Positions 10,331 through 20,247 of a DNA stretch of 64,000 bases are shown piece after piece (positions within the stretch are counted from its first letter, which is position 1; each line of letters opens with the position of its first letter). Source of the DNA: Candidatus Poribacteria bacterium (GTDB lineage Bacteria; Poribacteria; WGA-4E; PCPOR2b); NCBI GenBank assembly GCA_965198175.1, contig OZ240245.1, positions 2,080,001 through 2,144,000 of the forward strand, written 5' to 3'. The position numbers and the translations under genes were made by a program. The notes below the pieces were generated by a model, which had not been told where the DNA came from, made no database searches, and was given only the letters and a program-made list of their open reading frames with translations.

Positions 10331-12121
10331 ATGCACAACAAGAAAAATAGTAACCAGCATGAGAGGATATCCGAGGAGCACTTGCGATTATTTGATGATG
10401 AGGACTTCGAAGAGGAGGTTGGGGAGGACGATGAGGATTCGTCAGGTATACCTCGCTCTCTGATGTTAGTCGACCAGCTTATCTACGCAACCCCTGAAGA
10501 TGACCGCATGCGCCCGCTTTTATATGAACTGCGGCGTGCTATCGTGGAAGATGAAATGACGTTTCAAGAGGCGAGACAGACAATTATCGAGATGCAGGAG
10601 GTCGTTGAAAAACTCACAGCTCCCGCAAATCGAATTGGGACGTTGCTAGGCTTACCGAAAAAAGATGTTGCACATGTGATCGTTGGCAGTTCAGAATATT
10701 ACGCGAACCTTCATCCACAAATGGATCCGGCGTCTCTCAAGATTGGTTTCAGTGTATTACTCAACGAAGCGTATGTCATTGTTGGCGAGCTAGGATATAA
10801 CCAGTCTGGGCCGATTGGAAAGATTGTTGATTTGATGCCTGACGGCAGATTGCGTGTTGGGCAAGAACATGGGTTGCAAGCTGTTGTATTGGAGCGTTCG
10901 ACGGATCTTGCGAATGCAAAACTCAAAGCGAACGAAGAGATTCGTATTGATTCAAACTTCAGAGTTGCGCTTGAACGACTGGAAGTTCAAGAAGTAAAGG
11001 ATTACTTCCTCGAAGAGGTGCCACAGGTGCCTTGGACGAAGGTGGGAGGGCTGGATGATACCATCCAGACGATTAAGGATACCATTGAGCTTCCGATTCT
11101 CTACCCAGATCTCTTTAATCGCTTCCAATATGCGCCCCCGAAAGGCTTTCTGCTATATGGGCCGCCTGGGTGTGGGAAGACTCTCATTGGCAAAGCGACC
11201 GCTTACAATTTGACGCAGCGATTGAGGAAAGAATCGGGAATCGATGTCAGAGGGTGCTTCCTCCACATCAAGGGACCAGAAATCTTAAATATGTGGCTTG
11301 GTGAATCGGAACGCAAGGTGCGTGAAATCTTCCAGATTGCTCGTGAAAAACGACAGGAGGGCTACCTACCGTTTGTGTTCATTGACGAAGCGGAATCCAT
11401 CCTAGGAACGCGCCGATCGTTCCGCGCCCATAACATTTCCAACACCGTTGTCCCGATGTTTTGCGCTGAAATGGATGGGCTCGAGTCGCTGCAAGATGTC
11501 GTGATTATTCTCGCAACAAACCGTCCGGATCTCATCGATCCAGCAATTTTGCGTCCTGGACGAATTGACCGAAAGATTAAAGTCAGGCGTCCAAATAAAG
11601 AAGGGGCAGAGGAAATCTCCCGCATCTATCTCACGCCAGATTTGCCGGTCGATCCAGAAGTCCTAGAAACCCACAACGGCGATCCAGAGGTTGCTGTTTC
11701 TTACCTGATCGATTTGGTCTGCAGCGAACTGTTTCGGCGAAGCGAAGGTAACAAGTTCTTAGAAGTTGCTTTGCGAAACGGTCGTCGTAATACGTTGTAT
11801 CGGGGCGATCTTTGTAATGGTGCGATTATTGCCTCTATTATTCAACGTGCGAAAGAATCCGCAATCAAAAGAGCAATTGAAAGCAGGGAACAGATTGAAG
11901 GAAGCGAAATCGCGCCCAACGATGGAGTCGGCATCTGTGTAGACGATCTCTTGGATGCAATTGCATCCGAATACCACGAAAATGATATTTTCCCACCGAC
12001 AGACAGTGTGGAAGATTGGCTGAAACTGCTCGACTATGACCCTGAGAACGTTGTTAAGGTTACCCAAATTCGCCCTGAAAAATCAACGCGTAGAACATCT
12101 ACTGCGGCTAACGCGATCTAG
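10331..12121 (+). CDS. arc: Proteasome-associated AAA+ ATPase (ARC/Mpa family)
   Basis: N-terminal coiled coil (VVEKLTAPAN), OB domains, Walker A GPPGCGKT, IKGPEILNMWLGESER, Walker B FIDE, SRH TNRPDLIDPAILRPGRID. First gene of the proteasome operon. Confidence 0.95.
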   Translation: MHNKKNSNQHERISEEHLRLFDDEDFEEEVGEDDEDSSGIPRSLMLVDQLIYATPEDDRMRPLLYELRRAIVEDEMTFQEARQTIIEMQEVVEKLTAPANRIGTLLGLPKKDVAHVIVGSSEYYANLHPQMDPASLKIGFSVLLNEAYVIVGELGYNQSGPIGKIVDLMPDGRLRVGQEHGLQAVVLERSTDLANAKLKANEEIRIDSNFRVALERLEVQEVKDYFLEEVPQVPWTKVGGLDDTIQTIKDTIELPILYPDLFNRFQYAPPKGFLLYGPPGCGKTLIGKATAYNLTQRLRKESGIDVRGCFLHIKGPEILNMWLGESERKVREIFQIAREKRQEGYLPFVFIDEAESILGTRRSFRAHNISNTVVPMFCAEMDGLESLQDVVIILATNRPDLIDPAILRPGRIDRKIKVRRPNKEGAEEISRIYLTPDLPVDPEVLETHNGDPEVAVSYLIDLVCSELFRRSEGNKFLEVALRNGRRNTLYRGDLCNGAIIASIIQRAKESAIKRAIESREQIEGSEIAPNDGVGICVDDLLDAIASEYHENDIFPPTDSVEDWLKLLDYDPENVVKVTQIRPEKSTRRTSTAANAI

Positions 12122-12393
12122 ATATTGAGGTTTTACTAGGTTACTCTGTCCCTTCGGTGCGCTCAAGGATAAGTCTTATCACAGCAGGGATTCCGAAAAT
12201 CTCTAGCCACCGATGTATCGAGTTGCTTGCCCCGTTAAAGGCGAGGAAAACCGCACAGGACGCCAATCTATCGGGACCGAAGAGGGTTTTGCTGTGTGGA
12301 GCGGAAAAAGACCCTGTCAAATCGGAAGTTTCGCCTAACTCAGCATTTGATATCATCCGCGCGCAGTCTCTGGTTATGCCTTTCTAAGAAATT

Positions 12394-13908
12394 ATGCAAA
12401 GACTTTTGGGAATCGAAACGGAATATGGAATTACGATTGAAGGCGAGGAAAACATTGATCCGGTCCAACAGTCCATCGCACTAATCAAGAGTTATCGACA
12501 CGATGATTTTCATCCGATGTGGGATTATAGTGGCGAAGATCCACTCCTAGATGCACGTGGCTTTCGCGCGAAAACATTGAAAGAACACCCTGACGAGCGG
12601 GAACAACAGGTAGCAGACCGCCAGCGAAATTTGTCTGCTGTCGAAATCAAAAGCGATTTGATTCTGACCAACGGAGCCCGTCTATACAACGATCATGCAC
12701 ACCCAGAATACTCCACGGCTGAATGCCGGAGTTTTTTTCAGTTGGTTGCCCATGACAAGGGTGGCGAGCGGATACTTCAACGATGTGCAGTGAGACGAAG
12801 TCAAACATTAGGCCAGCGAGTTATTCTTTATAAAAACAACACCGATTTTCACGGACACAGTTACGGCTGTCATGATAATTACCTAATGCGGCGAGATATT
12901 GCTTTTGGATATCTCAAAGAAAGTATTATGCCGTTTTTGATTACGAGGCAGATTTTTGCTGGCGCCGGAAAGGTGGGAATCGAAACTGAGTCCGGTATGA
13001 GTTCGGCAGGCATTTTTCAACTTGCACAACGCTCGGATTTTTTTCATGTTGAAGCGAGCGTTGATACAATGCACAACCGCCCAATTGTCAATACGCGGGA
13101 CGAACCGCATGCGGACCCCACAAAATATCGACGCTTGCACGGCATTGTCGGCGATGCCAATATGTCGGAGTATGCAACGGCGCTTAAGGTTGGCACGACA
13201 GCTCTAGTCATCGATCTGATCGAGCAGGAGCACATCCCAACTGATTTTGCCGTTCACCAGCCGATTCACACAATCAAAGAGATTTCGCGTGATCAGACGT
13301 ATGAATGGCTGTTGAAGTTAAATAACGGCAAGGCAATTTCGGCGGTTGATCTCCAGCGCGAATATCTTGCCTTAGCCCAAAAACATCTCGACGTTCAAAA
13401 CGATGAGACCGATTGGGTGCTTGTCGAATGGGAGTCAGTTCTGGATTCGCTTGAGAAAGAACCGATGGAACTGAGAAGCCAATTAGACTGGGTCGCCAAA
13501 AAGTGGCTGCTGGACACCTTCATTGATGAAGAGGGCCTCAAATGGGACGATGCATGGTTACAGAGCCTTGATCTGGAGTATCACAACATCGATCTCGACG
13601 CAGGACTATACTATGGACTCGAAGCCCAAGGGTTAATGCGGCGCGTTGTTACCGATCAACAAATCGAAGAAGCAATTCAGAATCCGCCGGCGGACACTCG
13701 CGCATATTTCCGAGGTAAATCTCTGGAAAAATTTCGTTCTCAAGTCAAATCTGTGCAATGGGATAGCATTACGTTCAACACAAAAGGGAGACCCATCACG
13801 GTGAACATGAACGAACTTGCTAGTCCAGAAATTGCAGAGAAATATAATCGTATTCTAAATAAGACTCAGACAGTTGAAGCGTTACTGGAGAATTTGAGGC
13901 TTGTATAA
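12394..13908 (+). CDS. dop: Dop-like deamidase/depupylase (PafA2 family)
   Basis: GIETEYG, LTNGARLYNDHAHPEYST, KNNTDFHGHSYGCHDNY, RPIVNTRDEPHAD, PPADTRAYFRG. Confidence 0.93.
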   Translation: MQRLLGIETEYGITIEGEENIDPVQQSIALIKSYRHDDFHPMWDYSGEDPLLDARGFRAKTLKEHPDEREQQVADRQRNLSAVEIKSDLILTNGARLYNDHAHPEYSTAECRSFFQLVAHDKGGERILQRCAVRRSQTLGQRVILYKNNTDFHGHSYGCHDNYLMRRDIAFGYLKESIMPFLITRQIFAGAGKVGIETESGMSSAGIFQLAQRSDFFHVEASVDTMHNRPIVNTRDEPHADPTKYRRLHGIVGDANMSEYATALKVGTTALVIDLIEQEHIPTDFAVHQPIHTIKEISRDQTYEWLLKLNNGKAISAVDLQREYLALAQKHLDVQNDETDWVLVEWESVLDSLEKEPMELRSQLDWVAKKWLLDTFIDEEGLKWDDAWLQSLDLEYHNIDLDAGLYYGLEAQGLMRRVVTDQQIEEAIQNPPADTRAYFRGKSLEKFRSQVKSVQWDSITFNTKGRPITVNMNELASPEIAEKYNRILNKTQTVEALLENLRLV

Positions 13909-14177
13909 GGCGTAAAATGAGGTGCACTGCCTTACCAAGAGGCTTTCTACGGGAGCAGAGGTGGCTAGTATAAACCTTTATAACGGATGTCTTCTTCGTT
14001 TTCCTCGCGTGGAATTGTATCCACTGAGGATTAAGTTACATGTTTAACAAAGAAAATATCTTCGTTGCTATCGAGTAACTGACTTGCTACGTTTAAATGA
14101 AATCGCAAATCATGAGATTTATGAGACGACTTTCGGAGTCGTCGAATTCATCAGTTCCCCTACTGGAGGTTATTAGT

Positions 14178-14384
14178 ATGACAGCATATGATTTCACCCT
14201 TTTCCGGGATCGGATCCGGAGGCCAACAAAGCCGCTTGATGGTGGAGGTGGTGATGGTGATGGAGAAGATGAGGGGCCGAAACGCCCAGATGTCAATAAG
14301 CCAGACACAAAGGAGTTGCTCCGGCGGATGAAGCGCGTCGATAAAGATCAGTCCAGGCGTTATCGCCAGCGAACGGGTGAATAG
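14178..14384 (+). CDS. ubact: Ubiquitin-like modifier UBact (68 aa)
   Basis: Small disordered protein with GGGGDGDG linker, ELLRRMKRVD helix and C-terminal RYRQRTGE (R[T/S]G[E/Q] signature). GGAGG RBS at 14165. Lies between dop and prcB. Confidence 0.93.
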   Translation: MTAYDFTLFRDRIRRPTKPLDGGGGDGDGEDEGPKRPDVNKPDTKELLRRMKRVDKDQSRRYRQRTGE

Positions 14385-14386
14385 CC

Positions 14387-15193
14387 ATGGAATACAAGGG
14401 CGACTTTCTTAATCTCTTGAAGGCACATGACTACCAATTTCAGATCGATCCGCCTTCAACTTCCATCAACACACCTTTGAACCACCCCGAGTGGACGGAG
14501 GGAACAACAGTAATCGCTGTTCGGTACAAGGATGGCGTCATCATCGGTGGCGATCGACGCGCAACGGCAGGCACTGCGGTCATTTATGATCGGGCAGAAA
14601 AAGTCCTACAGATCGATGAATATTCCGTTTTAGCAATCTCAGGTGCGCCTGCTGTGGCTTATGAAATGGGGCGGGTACTAGAACATTCGTTCCAGTATTT
14701 CCGTCGCAGTCAACTTCAAGAGTTGAGCATAGAAGGTAAGCTTCGAATGCTATCCCGCCTGATTCGTGAGAATTTGCCAATGGCGTTGCAAGGTATTGGA
14801 GGGGTTATCCCAATCTTTGCCGTCTATAATCTGCAGAGTGAAGATGAAAATGGGGGTCAAATCTTCTTTTACGATGCGCTCGGCGCTCACTTTGAAAGCG
14901 CTGACTTTGCAACTTCTGGTTCTGGTTCTGTGTGGATTCGTGGCGTTTTGTACCATGTGAATCGCTGGGGAGATACACGTCTTGTTGATATGGATGAACA
15001 ACAGGCAACTATCAATATCTTAAGGCTCCTTGATGCTGCTTCGGAATATGATGCTGCGACAAGCGGATACAATCCAAAATCAGAAATTTTCCCAACCGTT
15101 AAAACAATTGCAAAAGAAGGGATTCAAGATCTTTCGGTTGAACGATTAAGCCAAGTCTATAGCCAATTCGTTGGGACAAACCATGTTAGATGA
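14387..15193 (+). CDS. prcB: 20S proteasome beta subunit
   Basis: Propeptide, then EG|TTVIAV N-terminal nucleophile Thr, GDRRATAG, GSGS, AASEYDAATSG. Confidence 0.95.
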   Translation: MEYKGDFLNLLKAHDYQFQIDPPSTSINTPLNHPEWTEGTTVIAVRYKDGVIIGGDRRATAGTAVIYDRAEKVLQIDEYSVLAISGAPAVAYEMGRVLEHSFQYFRRSQLQELSIEGKLRMLSRLIRENLPMALQGIGGVIPIFAVYNLQSEDENGGQIFFYDALGAHFESADFATSGSGSVWIRGVLYHVNRWGDTRLVDMDEQQATINILRLLDAASEYDAATSGYNPKSEIFPTVKTIAKEGIQDLSVERLSQVYSQFVGTNHVR

Positions 15194-16019
15194 GCCATAT
15201 CGCTGGATTGAAGCTATCAATAATCGGCGTGACTATATTGAAGACCAACTCCGCATGGGAAGTCCTGTCGTTGGATTAGGATACGATGAGGGTATGTTGC
15301 TTTTGACAATTGGGCGCAGGCAGCGCAAAATCTTTGAAGTGCACAACCGTCTTGCGATATCTGCTATTGGACACACTGCTGACATCGAACGTTTGCGTAT
15401 GCTGGCAACTGATACTGCATCTGTACAAGGCTTCCAAAGCTCTGTTGATGATGTCACTCTTCACCGACTCTCAAATTTTGTGCTGGGGCCTGCAATCAAA
15501 CAAGCCTTTGAAGCTGTCTTTGAATCCGCTTATATCATCAAAATGTTGCTGGCTGAACTGGGTGGTCATGGGCAAGAAAATCAATTCGTTGCCCTGAACT
15601 ACGATGGCACAACTCGGTCAAGCCACTGGGCAGAAGTCATTGGCGGTACGGAGGAAGTTGAAACGGCGATGCAAAATTACTTATCAGGCTCTGATTCCGC
15701 GGACCTCTCGTTAACCTCCGCGCTGCGATTGGGTCTAGAAGCATGGGCGGTAGGTCGGGATGCAAGTCTGAACGCTGAAAATACAAACCATGTCGGAGTG
15801 GAAAATTCGGGACAGGCAGAGGAAGATGCCCATCGCTGTGAAGAGAAGAATACCGATGGATTAAAAATGGACAGAGAGCGGGCGCACAAAGTGCTCAAAA
15901 AAGAGTTGCAGGAAGGGCAGATTGATGTAAGCGTCTTACAGGAATCCCGTCGAAGTAATAGTAAGTTTCGCTCGATTGCTGCGGAAGAGATTGATGCAGC
16001 TATTGCAGATTGGCTTTAA
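15183..16019 (+). CDS. prcA: 20S proteasome alpha subunit
   Basis: MLDEPYRW...GSPVVG, RKIFEVHNR, GHTADIERLR. Overlaps the prcB stop. Confidence 0.9.
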   Translation: MLDEPYRWIEAINNRRDYIEDQLRMGSPVVGLGYDEGMLLLTIGRRQRKIFEVHNRLAISAIGHTADIERLRMLATDTASVQGFQSSVDDVTLHRLSNFVLGPAIKQAFEAVFESAYIIKMLLAELGGHGQENQFVALNYDGTTRSSHWAEVIGGTEEVETAMQNYLSGSDSADLSLTSALRLGLEAWAVGRDASLNAENTNHVGVENSGQAEEDAHRCEEKNTDGLKMDRERAHKVLKKELQEGQIDVSVLQESRRSNSKFRSIAAEEIDAAIADWL

Positions 16020-16046
16020 CCTGCAATGCTGCCATGAGGGAAAATT

Positions 16047-17498
16047 GTGAGCAGACGTATCTTTGGCATTGAAACGGAATATGGATGTTTGGCGAATGTC
16101 GATCAATCTTTTGGCACACCTGAGGGAGTCGCTGCACGGGTCAGAGATTATGTTTTCCACGAATTAAAACTCGGTATCTCTGATATGCACTATCGGGATT
16201 GGGGCGAACCTCCGGGCAATGGAGGCTTTCTGTTCAATGGAGGACGGCTTTATATTGATATGGGCCATTTGGAATATGCGACTCCTGAATGCGTGAAGCT
16301 CTTTGATCTTATCGCCTACGATAAATCCATCGAACGACTGATTGCTGCGGTTCTAAACGAAATTGGGTTAGGCGAAAAAGTTTCTTTCTTCAAGAATAAC
16401 GTGGATCACCTGACAGGGGCGACTTTCGGCTGCCATGAAAATTATCAACTCCGGCGGGATATCCCTTTCTACAAAGTCGTTATTCCGACGTTGATGCCCT
16501 TTTTTGTCACACGTCAAATTTATGCGGGAGCAGGTCGAGTGGGTGGACACGAAGAGGTTCTCGAGTTTGGAGATGCCCATTGCCGTCGTGACGACTTTGT
16601 AGGTTTCCAAATTTCTCAACGCGCAGATCACATTGTCACAGAAATCTATGAGTGGATCCAATTTAGCCGGGCGATTATCAATACTCGCGATGAACCCCTA
16701 GGGGACCATACAAAATACCGACGTCTCCATCTACTTGTTGGTGATTCCAATATGTCTGAATACGTAACTGCCTTGAAAGTTGGCACAACCTCTCTAATCC
16801 TAGATCTGATTGAGGAGGGACATCGCCCCCGCGATTTGAGTTTGCTTAATCCAGTTCAAGCCATCAAAGAGATTTCGCGCGATCAAACATTTCAGTGGAT
16901 TGTCGAGCTAGATACAGGGGCTACTATCTCTGCGATTGATCTTCAGCGAGAGTACCTTAATCTGGCGCAGAAACTCCTAAAGGGGCGGGACGAAGATACT
17001 GATTGGATTTTGACCCAATGGGAATCTGTCCTAGACGACTTAGAAACAGATTGGGAGCGTTTGACGGATCGAGTTGATTGGGTTGCAAAAAAATGGCTGC
17101 TTGAGACTTTCATGGAGGAGGAAGGGTTGGATTGGGATGATCCGTGGCTTGAGAGTCTCGATCTTCAGTATCACAACATGCATCCGGAAAAGGGACTCTA
17201 TTACGAATTGGAGAATCAAGGTCATACTAGGAGGGTAACAAACGATCAACAACTTGATGTGGCAATTCAGAATGCCCCTGAGGACACAAGAGCAAAAGCA
17301 CGAACGCAGGTGATGCGTTATCTGTTCCAAAATCGCTTGCCATGCATTGTCGATTGGCATCAAATATATTTTACTCATGAAGAGCCGTTTGAAATGAAGA
17401 ATCCTTTCAATACCTACGGCGAGGAAGTTGACACCCTACTGAAAAAGTTGAGTCGGCATCCTCGATTCAGTCCGCTGAAAAAGCGTTCCCGATCATAG
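16047..17498 (+). CDS. pafA: PafA-like UBact-protein ligase
   Basis: RIFGIETEYG, FLFNGGRLYIDMGHLEYATPEC, FKNNVD, FGCHENY, INTRDEPL, RRLHLLVGDSNMS, APEDTRAKAR. Confidence 0.93.
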   Translation: MSRRIFGIETEYGCLANVDQSFGTPEGVAARVRDYVFHELKLGISDMHYRDWGEPPGNGGFLFNGGRLYIDMGHLEYATPECVKLFDLIAYDKSIERLIAAVLNEIGLGEKVSFFKNNVDHLTGATFGCHENYQLRRDIPFYKVVIPTLMPFFVTRQIYAGAGRVGGHEEVLEFGDAHCRRDDFVGFQISQRADHIVTEIYEWIQFSRAIINTRDEPLGDHTKYRRLHLLVGDSNMSEYVTALKVGTTSLILDLIEEGHRPRDLSLLNPVQAIKEISRDQTFQWIVELDTGATISAIDLQREYLNLAQKLLKGRDEDTDWILTQWESVLDDLETDWERLTDRVDWVAKKWLLETFMEEEGLDWDDPWLESLDLQYHNMHPEKGLYYELENQGHTRRVTNDQQLDVAIQNAPEDTRAKARTQVMRYLFQNRLPCIVDWHQIYFTHEEPFEMKNPFNTYGEEVDTLLKKLSRHPRFSPLKKRSRS

Positions 17499-17604
17499 CA
17501 GAGATATCCGTCGGTGTGAGGAAAATCTAGCTAAGTTGACGACGGTTTCTAAATCGCCTCTCTCAATTATTTCATCCGGGTTCCACCAAGGTGCCATTCA
17601 TGTT

Positions 17605-20247
17605 TCACCCCAACATCTCCAGATTTGTCGTCAACTTCTCCTTCTCTGATTCGAGCGCTCCAAATCGGAAACGTTTCTGTTCGACAACCGCCTCTGGTGC
17701 TCGGTCAATGAAATCCGGATTGTTGAGGGTTTTCTGCGTGCTATCTAAATCCTTAATCACTTTGTCGAGCCGTTTTTGTAAACGTGCTTTTTCTTTCTTG
17801 ATGTCGATGAGTCCCACAAGCGGAATATAAATCACTATATCGCCGATTACTGCTGCCGCTGCGGCATCAGGTTTCTTTTGATGTTCGGCGGCAAAGATTC
17901 TTGAGAAATGTGTGAATGCCGGTAGATATTCTTCCAGGTGATTGGCTAGAAGTTCACGAATTTCGGCGTCCGGGGCTTGAATCAGTACCTCGATTTCGCT
18001 GGATGGCGGAACGTTCATCTCACCGCGGATGCTGCGAATACTGTCAATAACACTCATGATGGTTTTCATGGCATTTTCCGATTTGAGATCATCCAACGCT
18101 AAAACGGATTCTGGCCAAGTCGCCACAACGATGCTCTCACCTCGATGGGGAAGCTGCTGCCAAATCTCTTCGGTGATGAACGGCATCATCGGGTGGAGCA
18201 AGCGCATCGTGCCTTCGAGGATTTGGGCAGCGGCAGTTTGTGCCGTGTGTTTCGCCTCGGGATCGTCTGTGTAATACAACCGCTGCTTGATTATTTCAAT
18301 ATACCAATCACAGAATTCGTGCCACAGAAATCCATACAGCGCGTGTGCCGCATCACTGAAACGGTATTCTTCGAAGGCGGCCGTGACATCGTTTACGGTA
18401 TGGTTGAAACGGCTACGAATCCATCGATCGCAAAGGGGCAAATTGTCGCCAATGGGCACGGAACTATCAAAGCCATCAAGATTCATCAGCAGAAATCGGG
18501 AAGCATTCCAAATCTTGTTTGCGAACCGTCTTCCCGCTTCAATCTGAGATTGCCCTAAGGCGATGTAAGGATTGGGCGCGTTCGAAAAAATGAGCGCGAA
18601 CCGAAAACCATCAGCACCGTATTCCCGTATCGTTGGCACCGGATCAATGGCGTTGCCCTTGGATTTACTCTGTTTTTGTCCATGTTCATCGGCGACTAAT
18701 GCGTGAATGTAGACGTGGCGAAACGGCACTTCATCCAGAAACTGTAGGCCAAACATCGTCATGCGTGCAACCCAGAAGAAGAGAATATCCCATGCCGTAA
18801 CCAACACAGCAGTCGGGTAAAATGTCTCCAAAAGGGCGGTTTCATCCGGCCACCCCATCGTGGAAAACGGCCAGAGTGCGGAACTGAACCAAGTGTCGAG
18901 CACTTCCTCGCTCTGACTGAGGTTCTCCGAATCACAATGAGAGCAACAGTCCGGGATATCAACGGCTACTGTAATCTCACCGCAATCGTGACAATGCCAC
19001 ATTGGCAAGAGATGTCCCCACCAACGCTGCCGTGAAATCGGCCACGGCTCGATGTTTTCCATCCACTGAAAGAAGCGTTTTTCTTCACGTTTTGGGCGAA
19101 AGACAATTTCGCCGTTCCGCACTGCCTCGATTGCGCGTTCTGCCATCGGTTTGACGTTCAGATACCACTGTGGCGCAATGTACGGCTCAATGATTTGATT
19201 GCACCGTTCATGATGCCCTACGGCATGACGATGTGGTAGAATCTTTATCAGGTAATCACGTTCGCGCAAATCCTCGACAAGTTGTTTTCGACAGGCAAAC
19301 CGATCTATGCCGTCGTATGCTTGTCCAACATTTTCGTTTAATGTGCCATCAGGATTGAATATGTTTATCTGTTTCAGGTTGTGGCGATGCCCAATTTCAT
19401 AGTCGTTCGGGTCGTGTGCCGGTGTGACTTTTAACGCACCGACGCCGAATTCACGGTCCACGTAATCATCACCGATGACCGGCAGTTTACGCCCAAGAAT
19501 TGGGAGTATCGCAATCTTGCCAATGAGATGCTGATACCGCTCGTCTTCTGGGTGCACGGCTACCGCTGTATCACCGAACATCGTTTCCGGGCGGGTAGTT
19601 GCGATTTCCAGAAATTCGTTCGACCCTTCGATTGGATATCTGATATGATAGAGATGCCCGTTGATTTCTACAGGGTTGACCTCCAAGTCGGAGATTCCTG
19701 TACGGCAATTCGGGCACCAGTTGGTGAGATTTGTACTGAGATAGATGAGTCCATTGTTATACAGCTTTACAAACGCAGTGCGGACAGCTCTTGAGAGGCC
19801 TTCGTCCAGTGTGAACCGTTCTCGCTCCCAATCGCAGGAACAGCCAAGCAGTTCAAGTTGCTCTCTGATTGTCGCGTGCGTTGCCGCCTTCCAGTTCCAC
19901 ATCCGTTCGATAAACTTCTCTCGTCCTAGTTCATCACGATTTGTGCCCCTATCGGCAAGTTTTCGCTCCATGATAATCTCTGTACCGATGCCCGCGTGGT
20001 CCACGCCCGGCATCCACAGCGTGTTGCAACCTTGCAATTTTCGCCAGCGGATGAGCACATCCTGCAATGAATTATTCAGCGTGTGGCCGATGTGCAAATT
20101 GCCGGTGATGTTTGGCGGCGGGATGACGATTGAAAAGGGCGGTTGGTCCGATTTTTCTGCCGCGTGAAAGTAACCTTTCTCCAACCAGAATGTGTACCAT
20201 TTCTTCTCGATTTCATGTGGTGAGTAAGTCCTGGGAATATCTGTCAT
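17605..20247 (-). CDS. valS: Valine--tRNA ligase
   Basis: PPPNITGNLHIGH, DHAGI, ATTRPETMFGD, WPISRQRWWGH, LDTWFSS, KQSKS (KMSKS variant), C-terminal coiled coil. Confidence 0.98.
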   Translation of the reverse strand: MTDIPRTYSPHEIEKKWYTFWLEKGYFHAAEKSDQPPFSIVIPPPNITGNLHIGHTLNNSLQDVLIRWRKLQGCNTLWMPGVDHAGIGTEIIMERKLADRGTNRDELGREKFIERMWNWKAATHATIREQLELLGCSCDWERERFTLDEGLSRAVRTAFVKLYNNGLIYLSTNLTNWCPNCRTGISDLEVNPVEINGHLYHIRYPIEGSNEFLEIATTRPETMFGDTAVAVHPEDERYQHLIGKIAILPILGRKLPVIGDDYVDREFGVGALKVTPAHDPNDYEIGHRHNLKQINIFNPDGTLNENVGQAYDGIDRFACRKQLVEDLRERDYLIKILPHRHAVGHHERCNQIIEPYIAPQWYLNVKPMAERAIEAVRNGEIVFRPKREEKRFFQWMENIEPWPISRQRWWGHLLPMWHCHDCGEITVAVDIPDCCSHCDSENLSQSEEVLDTWFSSALWPFSTMGWPDETALLETFYPTAVLVTAWDILFFWVARMTMFGLQFLDEVPFRHVYIHALVADEHGQKQSKSKGNAIDPVPTIREYGADGFRFALIFSNAPNPYIALGQSQIEAGRRFANKIWNASRFLLMNLDGFDSSVPIGDNLPLCDRWIRSRFNHTVNDVTAAFEEYRFSDAAHALYGFLWHEFCDWYIEIIKQRLYYTDDPEAKHTAQTAAAQILEGTMRLLHPMMPFITEEIWQQLPHRGESIVVATWPESVLALDDLKSENAMKTIMSVIDSIRSIRGEMNVPPSSEIEVLIQAPDAEIRELLANHLEEYLPAFTHFSRIFAAEHQKKPDAAAAAVIGDIVIYIPLVGLIDIKKEKARLQKRLDKVIKDLDSTQKTLNNPDFIDRAPEAVVEQKRFRFGALESEKEKLTTNLEMLG

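Noticed and set aside
14097..14177. N-terminal extension of UBact in the ORF track (95 aa)
   Set aside because: The ATG at 14178 has a GGAGG RBS and gives the typical size, while the upstream part is a hairpin-containing leader.
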